Assembly: GCA_964016885.1 (NCBI GenBank)
Contig: OZ024742.1
Coordinates: 265,732,001-265,796,000 of the forward strand
Direction of reading: 5' to 3'
Origin: Eledone cirrhosa
Taxonomy: Eukaryota
DNA length: 64,000 nt
Below, piece after piece: positions 1-10,886 of this stretch (position 1 is its first letter; every line of letters starts with the position of its first letter). Both the position numbers and the translations under genes were made by a program. A model generated the notes under the pieces. The model had not been told where the DNA came from. It saw only the letters and a list, made by a program, of their open reading frames with translations, and searched no databases.

Positions 1-11
1 GCTGAGAATAG

Positions 12-92
12 ACTCCCTGATGACGTAAGGTTTCTCTATGATTACGTTGCGTAACCATATTTATTCCCTTACAGAAACTAATTAGTTGGAGT
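12..92 (+). ncRNA. Minimal type I hammerhead ribozyme (PLE 3' terminus; element truncated by window start, ends in (TA)n at ~146)
   Basis: ACTCC-CTGATGA-c-GTAAGG...CCTTAC-a-GAAA-CTAATTAG-TT-GGAGT: stem I ACTCC/GGAGT, core, stem II, GAAA, palindromic stem III, GUU triplet. Confidence 0.8.
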
Positions 93-141
93 GAAATTTT
101 AGTAAGTAAGTCAATTTTCATAATTCTCTTATTTTTACGTC

Positions 142-145
<4 letters not shown>

Positions 146-236
<91 letters not shown>

Positions 237-250
237 TGTGTGTGTGTGTT
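146..250. repeat. (TA)n+(TG)n microsatellite (one of dozens of similar TA/TG/GA tracts across 1-48 kb)
   Basis: Direct reading; such tracts generate the IYIY/VCVC/HTHT ORFs in the ORF track. Confidence 0.98.
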
Positions 251-675
251 ATATAGTAAGGTGTATTATCGGTTGTGTCAAAACGGTCCAATAAATTTTT
301 GTTAGCAATATTAAGTTCTCCACGCTTTTGTATATCTCCAATTCCATTTATGGGAACAGCTAGATAGTGTAAAACGGAGTATTTGTATCAAAATAAAGAT
401 CCGAAGCATGGTATAAATTTCCAATCATTTTAATCACGACACATGTTTCAATAAGCGATAGATCGATTGTGTAGCCATGATCGATTATCACTGATCTCGT
501 CAGGTGAAAATGAATTGTCTTCAAATCCTTGATATGAGGGAGAAAATTAACGATGTTCACTCACAGTTTAGTCCCTCATATCAAGGATTTGAAGACAATT
601 CATTTTTACCTGACGAGATCAGTGATAATCGATCATGGCTACAATTGATCATGCCTTCGGATCTTTATTTTGATA
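251..675 (-). mobile_element. ORF-less fold-back PLE-terminus element with hammerhead (HHR 434-507, minus)
   Basis: Inverted arms ~466-541/572-645 and 386-410/650-675; minus strand TCAC-CTGACGA-stem II-GAAA-CATGTG-TC-GTGA; flanked by microsatellites. Confidence 0.8.
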
Positions 676-676
676 T

Positions 677-801
<125 letters not shown>

Positions 802-1354
802 GATAGCCTAGAGATTGATTCTGACAGGGCCTTTCTAATTTGGCCAACATCTTTATAACGCACACACATTTTATTTTACTTGATTTTTCATTGATTTTTC
901 ATTTATTTTTCATTTGTTTTGTTTTCTTCACCTTATTGCCTTATATTTATGCCTTATATTTAAGTTGAGAATGGTTATAACACACACACTTTTTATTTAA
1001 TTATCTTATTTCGTTTTATTCTTTTACCATCTTGTTCCTCCTACCACTTTATCCAACATCTTTCTGACCTTGAGATTGGTTATAGAACACACACATTTTA
1101 TTTTATTTGAATCTTCACTTCTATTTTCCACTTTTCATTTTCATATTTCATTTTACATTTTTCAATTTCCATTTGATTTTACATTTGTCATTTGTCATTT
1201 TCCATTAATTAATTTTTCATTTATTTTCTATTCATTATTTATTTTCTGTTTTCTTCATCTTATTGCCTTCTATTTCTTCATGAACATGGCAGACCCCTTC
1301 AAAATGTTTTTATTTAAAATGTTTTTATTTAAGCATACAGTATATTGCCAAATA

Positions 1355-1383
<29 letters not shown>

Positions 1384-1389
<6 letters not shown>

Positions 1390-3910
1390 TTTAGGAATAA
1401 CCAAAGAGTGCTTAGAAATACATTTATTTTATTAGCTAACAGTGTTTCATCTGTACCCTAAGGCAGGAATCATCAGAGCCAATAAACAGGAGTATATCAA
1501 TGGTTGCATGCTCCATCGCTATACGTTTAGACATGATAGACTTCAGAATACCACATCCCTAGCTAGTTACATATCCCTCCTGAAGAACACTGATATTCAA
1601 TACAAGCTTGATTGGAGAATCATCACTAAATCATCGCAGTACAGACCCCCTAGCAAGACCTGTGACCTTTGTCTCTCTGAATCACACGCCATAATATACT
1701 CCAAACTGAACCTGCTAAATAGGAAATCAGAAATATTCTCTTCTTGCCCGCACATAAATCTTAGCTCCTTCTATTACTTTAGACCAATTAGCTAACGCTG
1801 TAGGACTTGCACACCTCCCTCCTGTCAGGCCTACGTAAAACCGCGCCACCCTGATTCCTGGTTCCTCTGTAACCTTAACTGCCCCTCAAGTGTATATGGG
1901 CTACTCTTCTATTTCATTTCTCTCTTCCCCTCTCGCTCACTTTTTTCTTCCTCTCTTCCCTAGTTCATATTATCACCACTAACCAATAACACATAGGGTA
2001 CAACCTGCTTCAGGCTTTTCACTATACCTAGCACAGCTTGACTCTATGCAGGCACCTACCTACACTAACCATAATGATACGGTTTATAAACGCACCCATT
2101 ATCCGCTAACTGATAGCACAGCCTATTAGTCTGCCGAAAGCCCAACAAACTCCGCCGCAGCTATAAAGCGGATGGTTCGGGCAACCGGGGTCCGGATAGC
2201 CTTAACCCGAGTATAGTATAGTGAAATAAGGGATCAAATCATGTGGGCTGGGTGCCCCCGAATCGATCAAGCCCCGGGGGGAAGGGGTGGTTGGTCGCTG
2301 AGGGATTTGGATCGAACAAATGACTTGCCCCAAGCGTCCCGTGGATATCTAATGAGTGCGCCCTTTATGACGCGAATTTCCTCCCATACTTTTCATAAAC
2401 ACACTACGACTTCCTGTGTTTATATTCTGACAACCGTTGTGTGTTACTAGCGAGAGGCTAACCTTTGGAATTTTGAAATTGCAGAATATGAATTGTGCTG
2501 CAAATATGATGAATGATAGAACCACCCTCAAGGCAGTGTGCGACAGTAGATATTGACTTCCGGCCGACCCAGGAGGGGGTCACACCCGACTGTGAATAGA
2601 TTACAACTTCCGGATTCAGTAATCTACATGAAAACCACGTGGCGGACATGTAAATAACTTAGTTGTCATTGATAGTTTTAGCCGTGAGTTTTCTATATTT
2701 TCTACAGAAATGTGCACCCACCCTAATAAACCCGCTTATTATTGTAACCACATCTGCTTTTCCTCCACTCTGCCATAGGTAATACTGGAAGCGGAGTTCT
2801 CTGTACACACCTGTTTATGTGACGGAATAGCCATCACGATTTATATTTACAGTGGTATAATTTTATACGGTATGACAATTTGTTTCGATGCCGATTTGGC
2901 CTTACTGTGAATTTCACTTGGGACGTTGGATTGACTGACCGCAGTTATTGCGGACCTGTCGTATTTTCAATTTCCTCACTGGAGTGCCGGCTGTACATAT
3001 ACCCTACCTCTCTTCAACTCATCGTACTTTATTTTATTTTATTTTAGAGTTAGGGGTTTATCGCTGACTGCATATCCGGATAAGTCCCCGGAGTATATGT
3101 TTTGGAGACATAGTGTTACTTCGCCTAACGTTCGGAACTGGAACCAATGGAGGTTGTCCGTGTGGTGCTGATAAGATACGGAGGATCGACCTATTACAAG
3201 GCGGTATAACCTTCCTAAAGACAATCCTACATGTAAAACTGCACCAACTATCCTCCTCACAGACTCATGCTTGCAAGATCTCTTAATCTGCCTGTACATC
3301 CTGTATCTACACTGCTTGTGCTTTGATGTATCTATATCTTGATTTGTTTGTTTATTCCAGTGTTTTGCTTCTGCGTTTTTTATTGTTTTTTATTTTTATT
3401 TTATTTTTTTTTTTTTTTGATCATGCTGAGTAACACCTTTACTCATTCCCTGCTACCCTCTCCCAACCTCCTTGTCATCTATTGCACCATGTAAATGATA
3501 ATTTTTTGATGTGATCTTTGATGTAATTTTTTATGACATGTTTTATGACATTTTATGACAGTATTTGCGTCACGAATTGTTTCTGTTTCTGTTTAACGCT
3601 GGCCTCGTGACCCCCCTGCTGGCCCCTTAACCTTGTTCTGATGATGCAGCTTGATGGCGCATGCAACTATTGATATACTCTTGTTTATAGGCTCTGATGA
3701 TTCCTGCCTTAGGGTACGGATGAAACACTGTTAGCTAATAAAACAATGTATTTCTAAGCACTCTTTTGTTATTCCTAAACCTATAACGGCTCTGTAGTAT
3801 ACCAGTTATCCTACATTGAGCTAAAACCACACTGTCATACCAAGGGCAATATATCTGCGTGTCTGGGCACATTGATATATTTGTCATTGAGACTATAGAT
3901 ATGTATATAT
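1384..3910 (+). mobile_element. 5'-truncated Naiad-like Penelope-like element with inverted 5' pLTR, ~1.9 kb non-coding 3' region and HHRs
   Basis: 1384-1517 is the reverse complement of 3653-3785; HHR GGCT-CTGATGA-TTCC..GGAT-GAAA-CACTG-TT-AGCT at 3690-3736 (mirror 1434-1480); ~125 nt tail to TA-rich end. Confidence 0.8.
1518..1795 (+). pseudogene. GIY-YIG endonuclease C-terminal fragment (Naiad-type PLE)
   Basis: HRYTFRH...TSLASYI..LK..YKLDWRII...CDLCLSE...LLNRKSEIFSSCPH matches the CxLCxxE/LNxRxE/CxH tail of Naiad GIY-YIG. Confidence 0.8.
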
Positions 3911-4000
3911 AGTAATAATAATAAATTTGAAGACTAAAATCCAAAGAGGGCTCGATAAGGATAAATATATATCAAATATATAAGAACCGTAGAGCAAATA

Positions 4001-4066
4001 GGCTCTGGTGATTCCTGCCTTAGGGTACGGATGAAACACTGTTAGCCAGTAAAACAATGTATTTTA
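4001..4066 (+). repeat. Third copy of the 3690 hammerhead terminus (core mutated to CTGGTGA)
   Basis: Near-identical to 3690-3755; followed by a copy of 3510-3538. Confidence 0.75.
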
Positions 4067-4090
4067 ATGTGATCTTTGATGTAATTTTTT

Positions 4091-5349
4091 ATGACACTTT
4101 CAGCTTATATCTGGAGTCTAAAAGACAACCACACCCAATTTAAGTTACACTGGGAGATCCTAGCTAGGGCTAGATCGTATAACGGAAATAAAAGACCATG
4201 TGACCTCTGCGCCGCTGAGGCCCTGGAAATACTCTACGCCACAGACCACATCTTAAACAAAAAATCTGAGGCAATTTTGGCTTGTAAACATAAATTGCAC
4301 AAAACTTTCCTGTATTACAGCCCCACATTATACCCTAACGGATAGTACGATCTATACGTGGATATTTTACGTCTTGATGTGGTAGCGAAGTATATGTTTG
4401 TTTATACCATTACTTATTTGCATAGGTAAGTATATATTACCTGTATGTTTTGTGAAGGTACGTATACTTTCTCATGCGTATATTTGATTGATTATGTTAT
4501 GGCGTATGAATTTTCTATATATTCTGGTACATATGGGTTGGTTATATGTATACGGGAGTTTTGCGTCTGCGTGAGTATGCAGGTTCGTACGTATGTAGGG
4601 TGTGTGTATATGTGTACTTCCTGTTTTGGTTGACTTACGTCTCCGAACATTTGTGTATTTACATGTAGGTATGTGTGTGCGTTTGTTATATACGTATTTA
4701 ATTATTTATATACGTTTATTTAATTATTTATTTATTTGTATACACGCACACACACACACATATTTATATGTGCGTGGTTTTGTATACCTATGGCAAGTGT
4801 TTTCCGTATGCTTGTGTATGTACGTATTTGCATGCGTGTATGCATTTATTTAATTTCTATTACCTCTGTATTGTATTTATTTACTTTATTCTTAACTCTG
4901 AAGCGGAGATTCATTCGGTTTCCTGGTTAGAATTTAGTCTACGACTTCAGCTATACCATTTACGTGGTTTTGTCTTTGCTTGCAATTGTTCTCCACGGTC
5001 CACATATGACGTATTATCTTCGTTTTTTCCGTTCATTGCCAGAGAACGTCTCTATGAACAACCTAAGAGAACATTAGTCTACGACTTCTTTCATACCATA
5101 AACGTGGTTCTGTCTTTGCGCGTAATTGTTTTTCACCGCGCCTATTAATGACGTATTATATTCGTTTTTTCCAGTTCTTTGCCAGGGAACGTTTCCACGA
5201 ACCAAAGTATCGTCTTCCTGTCTTCCTCCGGTTGCAACGTTTTTTGAAATATCCACTTCTGCGTTTACAGATTGACTTTGTTAGTTTCAGAAGATCCCGT
5301 TAAGGGTGAAAGAAGCGATTCTTTGCTTAAACTTTAATCTCTTATTTTA

Positions 5350-5355
<6 letters not shown>
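4091..5355 (+). mobile_element. 5'-truncated Naiad-like PLE: GIY-YIG C-terminus (4091-4345) plus 3' UTR ending in a variant HHR-like motif
   Basis: TLSAYIWSLKD...LHWEIL...CDLCAAE...LNKKSE...CKH; terminus CAGAAGA-TCCC..GGGT-GAAA near 5288-5320; ends in (TA)n. Confidence 0.75.
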
Positions 5356-5400
<45 letters not shown>

Positions 5401-5405
5401 ATATA

Positions 5406-5485
<80 letters not shown>

Positions 5486-5639
5486 ATTAATATGGTGTAT
5501 CCCTTCATCCTTTTTTGAGACTTGTGAGATTTTCTTTAGAACTGCTGGGCTAACAACCTAGCAGCTACCGCAAGCACTGATGGTGATTATCGCTAAATAT
5601 TGATGTTGATTTGGTTATCAATATTAATATTATTGTGCA

Positions 5640-5765
5640 CCAACTGAAAAATTATAAGAGCCCACTTGAATAAGTATCTGTTGATCTTATACAAGCTTCT
5701 ACATAAATTGGTATAATTTCACCCAACTTGTAGAAATCTTATAATGAAACGAGATATCCGTCTGG
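5640..5765 (+). ncRNA. Degenerate hammerhead (PLE terminus remnant)
   Basis: CTGAAAA-ATTATAAGA...TCTTATAAT-GAAA-CGAGATATCCG-TC; perfect 9-bp stem II, G8 mutated. Confidence 0.5.
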
Positions 5766-5809
5766 GAAGGGATATATTTGATATATCTCACATGAAATGA
5801 TACAGCCAA

Positions 5810-6400
5810 TTTTCCACAGATACAAATCACAGTTAGATACTTTACACGCACACATTATATACTTCAACATACATACACACGTTAAAATTTAATCATACAC
5901 TCACGCATACTCCACTTTTCTCACGGACATACGCTACACTACCGATACTTTATACACACAGACAAAATTACTTCAACGCATATAAACAGTACACACATTC
6001 AAACTTACATTTACTCACACATACATGCCCACTGCCACTAACACATGGATATACACTTACACTCACTATCTTTGTTCCTTTACACATTTTACCTTTAAAT
6101 CACACACATTTAAACTTATACTTACATTCACACATATAACGATACTAATACACACACACTCCACTTTGCGTTCCTACTCGTTACCTAGACTACCTAACGG
6201 CTTTTTTGTTTTCCCTTTTCATTTGTGTGTGTATGTGTGTGTCTTTACTGGACATTCTTTGTTTCTCCATTGTGATCCTGTCTTTTTTTCCCCCTGAAGA
6301 AGGGCTTAAGCTCGACACGTCGAAATTTCTTTCCTCTTTCCAATATAAAGCGGGAAACTAATAAGTCTTTTTGTGCCCCTGTTTGTTGTCTCCTTGATCT
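5810..6400 (+). mobile_element. PLE terminal fragment (CA-rich, HHR remnant ~6291-6325); same family as 12515-13345
   Basis: CTGAAGA-AGGGC-TTAA-GCTC-GACA-CGTCG followed by AAGCG.GAAACTAATA, shared with minus-strand copy at 12580-12648. Confidence 0.55.
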
Positions 6401-6416
6401 ATATATATATATATAT

Positions 6417-6555
6417 AACGAGGGAAATGTGGTAAGGAACCAGATGGACCATAACGCACCAAAGTACTCAATACTTAGGGTAGTAGAGTGGGTAATAGGA
6501 ACGAGTAGGACCTCGTCGAAACGGCTTGAGCTCAGCCGTCGGGGTCCTACTCGTT

Positions 6556-6561
<6 letters not shown>
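6417..6561 (-). mobile_element. Short fold-back element family F1 (copies also at 22254-22400, 29230-29358, 34110-34245, 46360-46555)
   Basis: Shared GAAATGTGGTAAGGAACCAG...GTAGAGTGGGTAATAGGAA plus inverted CCTACTCGTTCCTATA; TA-flanked. Confidence 0.85.
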
Positions 6562-6603
<42 letters not shown>

Positions 6604-6671
6604 GACTAAAAAATACTTTTATCGCTCTACATTGCTGAATACAAGATATGTAAATCTGAGTTTTTTTAATA

Positions 6672-6853
6672 TTAATAATTGTTTCTACTTTTGTCACAAG
6701 ACCAGTGCATTACTGGTACTTTATTTTATCGACCCTGTGAGTATGAAAAGCAAAATTAACCTTGGCGGGATTTTAACTCAGAATGGAAAGGGCCGTAACT
6801 CTATGCGTCAAAGCATGGCGTCCGACCCTCTACCGATACTGCGAATCCACTCG
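6672..6853 (-). mobile_element. tRNA-derived SINE (octopus-type)
   Basis: Minus strand A-box-like TGGATTCGCAGTATCGGTAGAG, B-box-like GAGTTAAAATCC, body CTTTTCATACTCACAGGGTCGATAAAATAAAGTACCAG; many copies in window. Confidence 0.85.
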
Positions 6854-7657
6854 TTTGCAATTATGCAAACAGCCTCTCTAAGCTATGTGAGTAGAATGAC
6901 CCTGTCATTGTTGCTCTTGTGTTGGCATATAAACAGAACGGCAGACAGAACGGCAATGTTTCTGGGTATTTACTCATCATCCGTACCGTATACTGCTTAC
7001 ATGCCAACTGTCAAAGCTACTGAAATTATATAATATTTTCTGGAATATACAGTGATCGGCCTGTGTGTGTGTATGCGTTAAGTTCTCAGAATTGTTTGCT
7101 TTTTTATTATAGGAATATAAAGTAGTTTCTGGTATAGTACCAACTCATGTAAATGGTTTTTTTATTTTTTTTTTTTATTTTGCTAAAAGCAACTTCTTTT
7201 AGCTGTTTAGTCAGTAATGAAAAGGCAGTGCCCAAAACTCTTTTCAAGTCCTCCGTGACTGTTGGGAGGTAGAAGAGATAGAAAAGATTTCAAAACATGA
7301 ATTGCAGGATATAAATATGACATCTCAAGTAGGTGTTGGGAACTGTTTCAGGCGTCTAACCGTTACAGGATGCAGTTCTAAACTGACATGATTCATATTA
7401 TCGACATTTTCCATTGACGGAATACGTTCACATTACATCACCAGTTGACTGACAAATTCTTCGCCAAAAAATGCACAAATAATAATTATTATTTCACACA
7501 AGATAATCCCGGTATTATTCTAGTTCTGACTTAACATTTTACTTCCGACTTTACCAATTGGTTACAAATAGAATTACGTCATAAGTGTGACTTACTTTCT
7601 ACATACTTCTCCTCCGCTTTCTGTTTCACATTCTCTTTCCTTTGATTTCTCTCTCTC

Positions 7658-7724
<67 letters not shown>

Positions 7725-7979
7725 CTCTCCCTCTCTCCCTCTCTCCCTCTCTCTATTTTTATTACCCACTTGTGTCTTTCATTTTTCAATTTACTTTCAA
7801 TCCCACCCCCTTTAAACCACACCCTTCATAGAGATTCCTCGTAACAATCCTACGCAAAAACACCATCGATACTGCGACTGCTATTACTGCTGTAGCTGCT
7901 GCTGTAGCTGCTGCTGTTACTGTTTGCTGACAGAGCTGAGAGAGAATGATAGAGTGGTTGACGTTACCCTGTCTATAAC

Positions 7980-8140
7980 TACAGGCATAGCCGATTAAGA
8001 AGTTCGCTTCCCAATCCTGAGATTTCGGGTTTGATCCCATTGCGTGACACATTAGTTAAGTGACTTTTATCATAACTTTCGCTTCGCAATCACGAGATTC
8101 CGGGTCCGATCCCACTACGTGACATCTTAGTCCAGTGATA
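7980..8140 (+). mobile_element. Second tRNA-derived SINE head, partially tandem-duplicated
   Basis: GCATAGCCGATTAAGAAGTTCGCTTCCCAATC..GGGTTTGATCCC repeated as TTCGCTTCGCAATC..GGGTCCGATCCC. Confidence 0.55.
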
Positions 8141-8602
8141 TTTGTTCATGAAATTGGGTAAACGAAATCTGTTTGGAAGCCAGTCGAATGAATTGTAATA
8201 GTAATTCAAAAGGTCGGTCTTAACACAATGTGGCATTTTGAATCTCTTTGAGAATTAAGTTGAAGATACATGTATACTCAACAGCTTATAAGTTAATTTC
8301 ACTTGCACAACAGCTATAATATTCATCTTCTATACCGGTGGAGGTCCATTTGCCTTTTATCATGTCATCCATAAATTTACAATTCATGGAACTGGTAGAA
8401 AACAAAAGAAATAACGATAACGCGGATGTAGTTAGGAAGTTCATTTTACAAATATATATATAACCGAAAGCAGCCCTTCGCGTCGGCTGCGACGGAGTAT
8501 TTATCGAGTATTTCGGCAGCGTGTATAAATCGTCCAGATATACAGTCAACTAAACAGAATTAGGTGTAAAATAAACTAGGAGAAAAGTGAACATATTTAG
8601 TT

Positions 8603-8680
8603 ACCTCTATCATGGTTTCGTCCGCATTTTAAGATATGCGATAGCATCGGACATCTAGAGCACCGGACTCTTCAGGAAGT
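8603..8680 (-). ncRNA. Minimal hammerhead ribozyme in PLE-terminus fragment (~8460-8895)
   Basis: Minus: ACTTC-CTGAAGA-GTCCG...CGGAC-GAAA-CCATGA-TA-GAGGT. Confidence 0.7.
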
Positions 8681-8884
8681 TAGCTCAAATTTAGACAATA
8701 AATTTTCCAAAGTGATCGCGCCAAGAATACATTCAAAAATGGCTAAGAAACGTGACGTAGCAGCGGTCAGGTTAGAAAGAATGTGATTAGTTGCTTACGG
8801 CTGGTGGGCTTTTGCTAGAAAGCGCAGCACAATACAGCCAAAACTGCATCTTAACCTAAAGGAGATTATTACATATAAAGGTTT

Positions 8885-8950
<66 letters not shown>

Positions 8951-9204
8951 GTTTTGCAACGGGTCACTTTGTGGCTCAATGAAGAGTTAATAAATTAAAT
9001 AATCAGAGCTATATATCATAAAACATGTCTATAGAATCATCAGATAAAATATATACCATTTCTTCTCCTAATTAGCATAATTAACCATATAAAAAATCGA
9101 TTAGACCAAGCTATAAGAATAAAGGCTTCTATGAAGAAATCTCCGACAAATAACCGGTTATTTGTCGGAGATTTCTTCATAGAAGCCTTTATTCTCGTGG
9201 TTGC

Positions 9205-9822
9205 AAATTTTGGAATAGAATAGAAAGAACTAGGAATAAGGCTAATAGAATAAACTCATGGTATGATAGCAATAAATACGAGAGTGTAATGTTCATCGAT
9301 ACAACCCCTAGAGGTGAATAAGCTTACAAATTTAGAAGGGCCCTAGATAAACATAAACTCAATATTAAGATAGTAGAAAGACCAGGTACCTCCGTAAAAA
9401 CACTTATTAGCAAGACATACCCTTTTCAAAGACCCCCCTGTATAGATAAGAAATGTATAACCTATAAACTAAGCCCCCATATTAACTGTAAAACTAGAAA
9501 TGTAGTATATAGCATAAGATGTACTGAAGGACAATGTAGAGACAAAAATATAGTGTACATAGGTGAGACAGCTCGTAGTGTAGGGGAACGGATAAATGAA
9601 CACTGGCGAGACCTTTAAGATAGTAAAGAATCATCTGTACTCTACCAACATGCTAAAATAGAATATAAGGGTAAATTAGAGAACATAGAAATAAAAATAG
9701 AATCTACACACAGAAAAGACGCAATGTTTAGACAAATCACAGAGACAATAAACATAAAAGAATTACAACCAAAATTAAATAGAAAATATGAGTGGAACAG
9801 CAACATCACAACTTACAATTAA
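9205..9822 (+). pseudogene. PLE RT C-terminus/linker plus GIY-YIG, Nematis-like, two in-frame TAA stops
   Basis: Manual translation: YESVMFIDTTPRGE*..KIVERPGTSV..CKTRNVVYSIRC..YIGETARSVGERINEH..RQITE..PKLNRKYEW. Confidence 0.85.
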
Positions 9823-10023
9823 GGACAAAATGAAAACACACACGCACATAGAACAAACAACCAACCTGTAACATGTAAATAAACAAATAAATAAACGAAT
9901 ATAAACACACACAGACACCCGGATGTAGCGCATGCGCAGACTGAGTACACAACACACACACAGAAACAAAATGGCGTAGGACAGAACAAAGGAGAGGCAC
10001 AAAAACAAGGAAAAGAATCCCCA

Positions 10024-10066
10024 GTCACTGAAGAGGTCACAGAATGTGTGACGAAAGAACTTTGAC
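10024..10066 (+). ncRNA. Minimal hammerhead in 3' end of the Nematis-like PLE (element ends ~10217 in (TA)n)
   Basis: GTCA-CTGAAGA-G-GTCACA-GAATG-TGTGAC-GAAA-GAAC-TT-TGAC. Confidence 0.75.
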
Positions 10067-10212
10067 AATATATAAACAACTATCTGGTTGTGGAACCAAC
10101 CAACCAACCGGAAATTTATAAATTCCTAAATTTATAAATTTATAATAATAAATTGGAGTGAAAGCAACTGGTGCATGTGTTTCTTATTGGCAACATGACC
10201 CTCCGAAAGTAT

Positions 10213-10262
<50 letters not shown>

Positions 10263-10271
<9 letters not shown>

Positions 10272-10868
10272 TAGCGAAACAAACGGTTATTAAACAATTT
10301 TCTAAATAAATTAAAAAATGATTAAATAATCACCTGTTCAGATGCTGTTACCGACGGTTTCATCATTCCGAAAGATTGGAAATCCAATGAATTTCCATCC
10401 ACTTCTATAATTTATTCTCCTTATGTAGAGAACAAAACGTTGAATAATGCTGCTAATTTTAGTGGCAATTCGACATGTTTATAATATCCAGCTTTTATCA
10501 GCGACCTGATTTGCGTGTGTGTCACTTTAACGGCTTGACCGCATGCGTTGGGCAGGGAGCATAATATTTACTTGCTATACCTTATAGCGTGGAAATAGGG
10601 CTGTCTGAAGATTCATTTCTTTCCATTGGAAATTCGTTGGATTTCCAATCTTTCGGAATGATGAAACCGTCGGTAACAGCATCTGAACAGGTGATTATTT
10701 AATCATTTTTTAATTTATTTAGAAAATTGTTTAATAACCGTTTGTTTCGCTACTTTTATATTGTTCTGGTATCTCGAATTAGTGCCATTGCACCACATGT
10801 ATTATAAACAACTTGAATATTTCTACAAGTACATTGTACCTGTTGAAGTATCCATCCACTTCTATAAT
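10263..10868 (+). mobile_element. ORF-less retrozyme-like element: inverted 5' copy, 457-nt unit, HHR 10600-10680
   Basis: 10263-10397 is the reverse complement of 10627-10760; GCTGT-CTGAAGA-TTCATT..AATGAT-GAAA-CCGTCGG-TA-ACAGC; TCCATCCACTTCTATAAT at 10394 and 10851. Confidence 0.8.
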
Positions 10869-10886
10869 ATATATATATATATATAG

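Noticed and set aside
7980-8050. tRNA genes (also 50345-50414 and SINE heads)
   Set aside because: A/B boxes only; no complete cloverleaf
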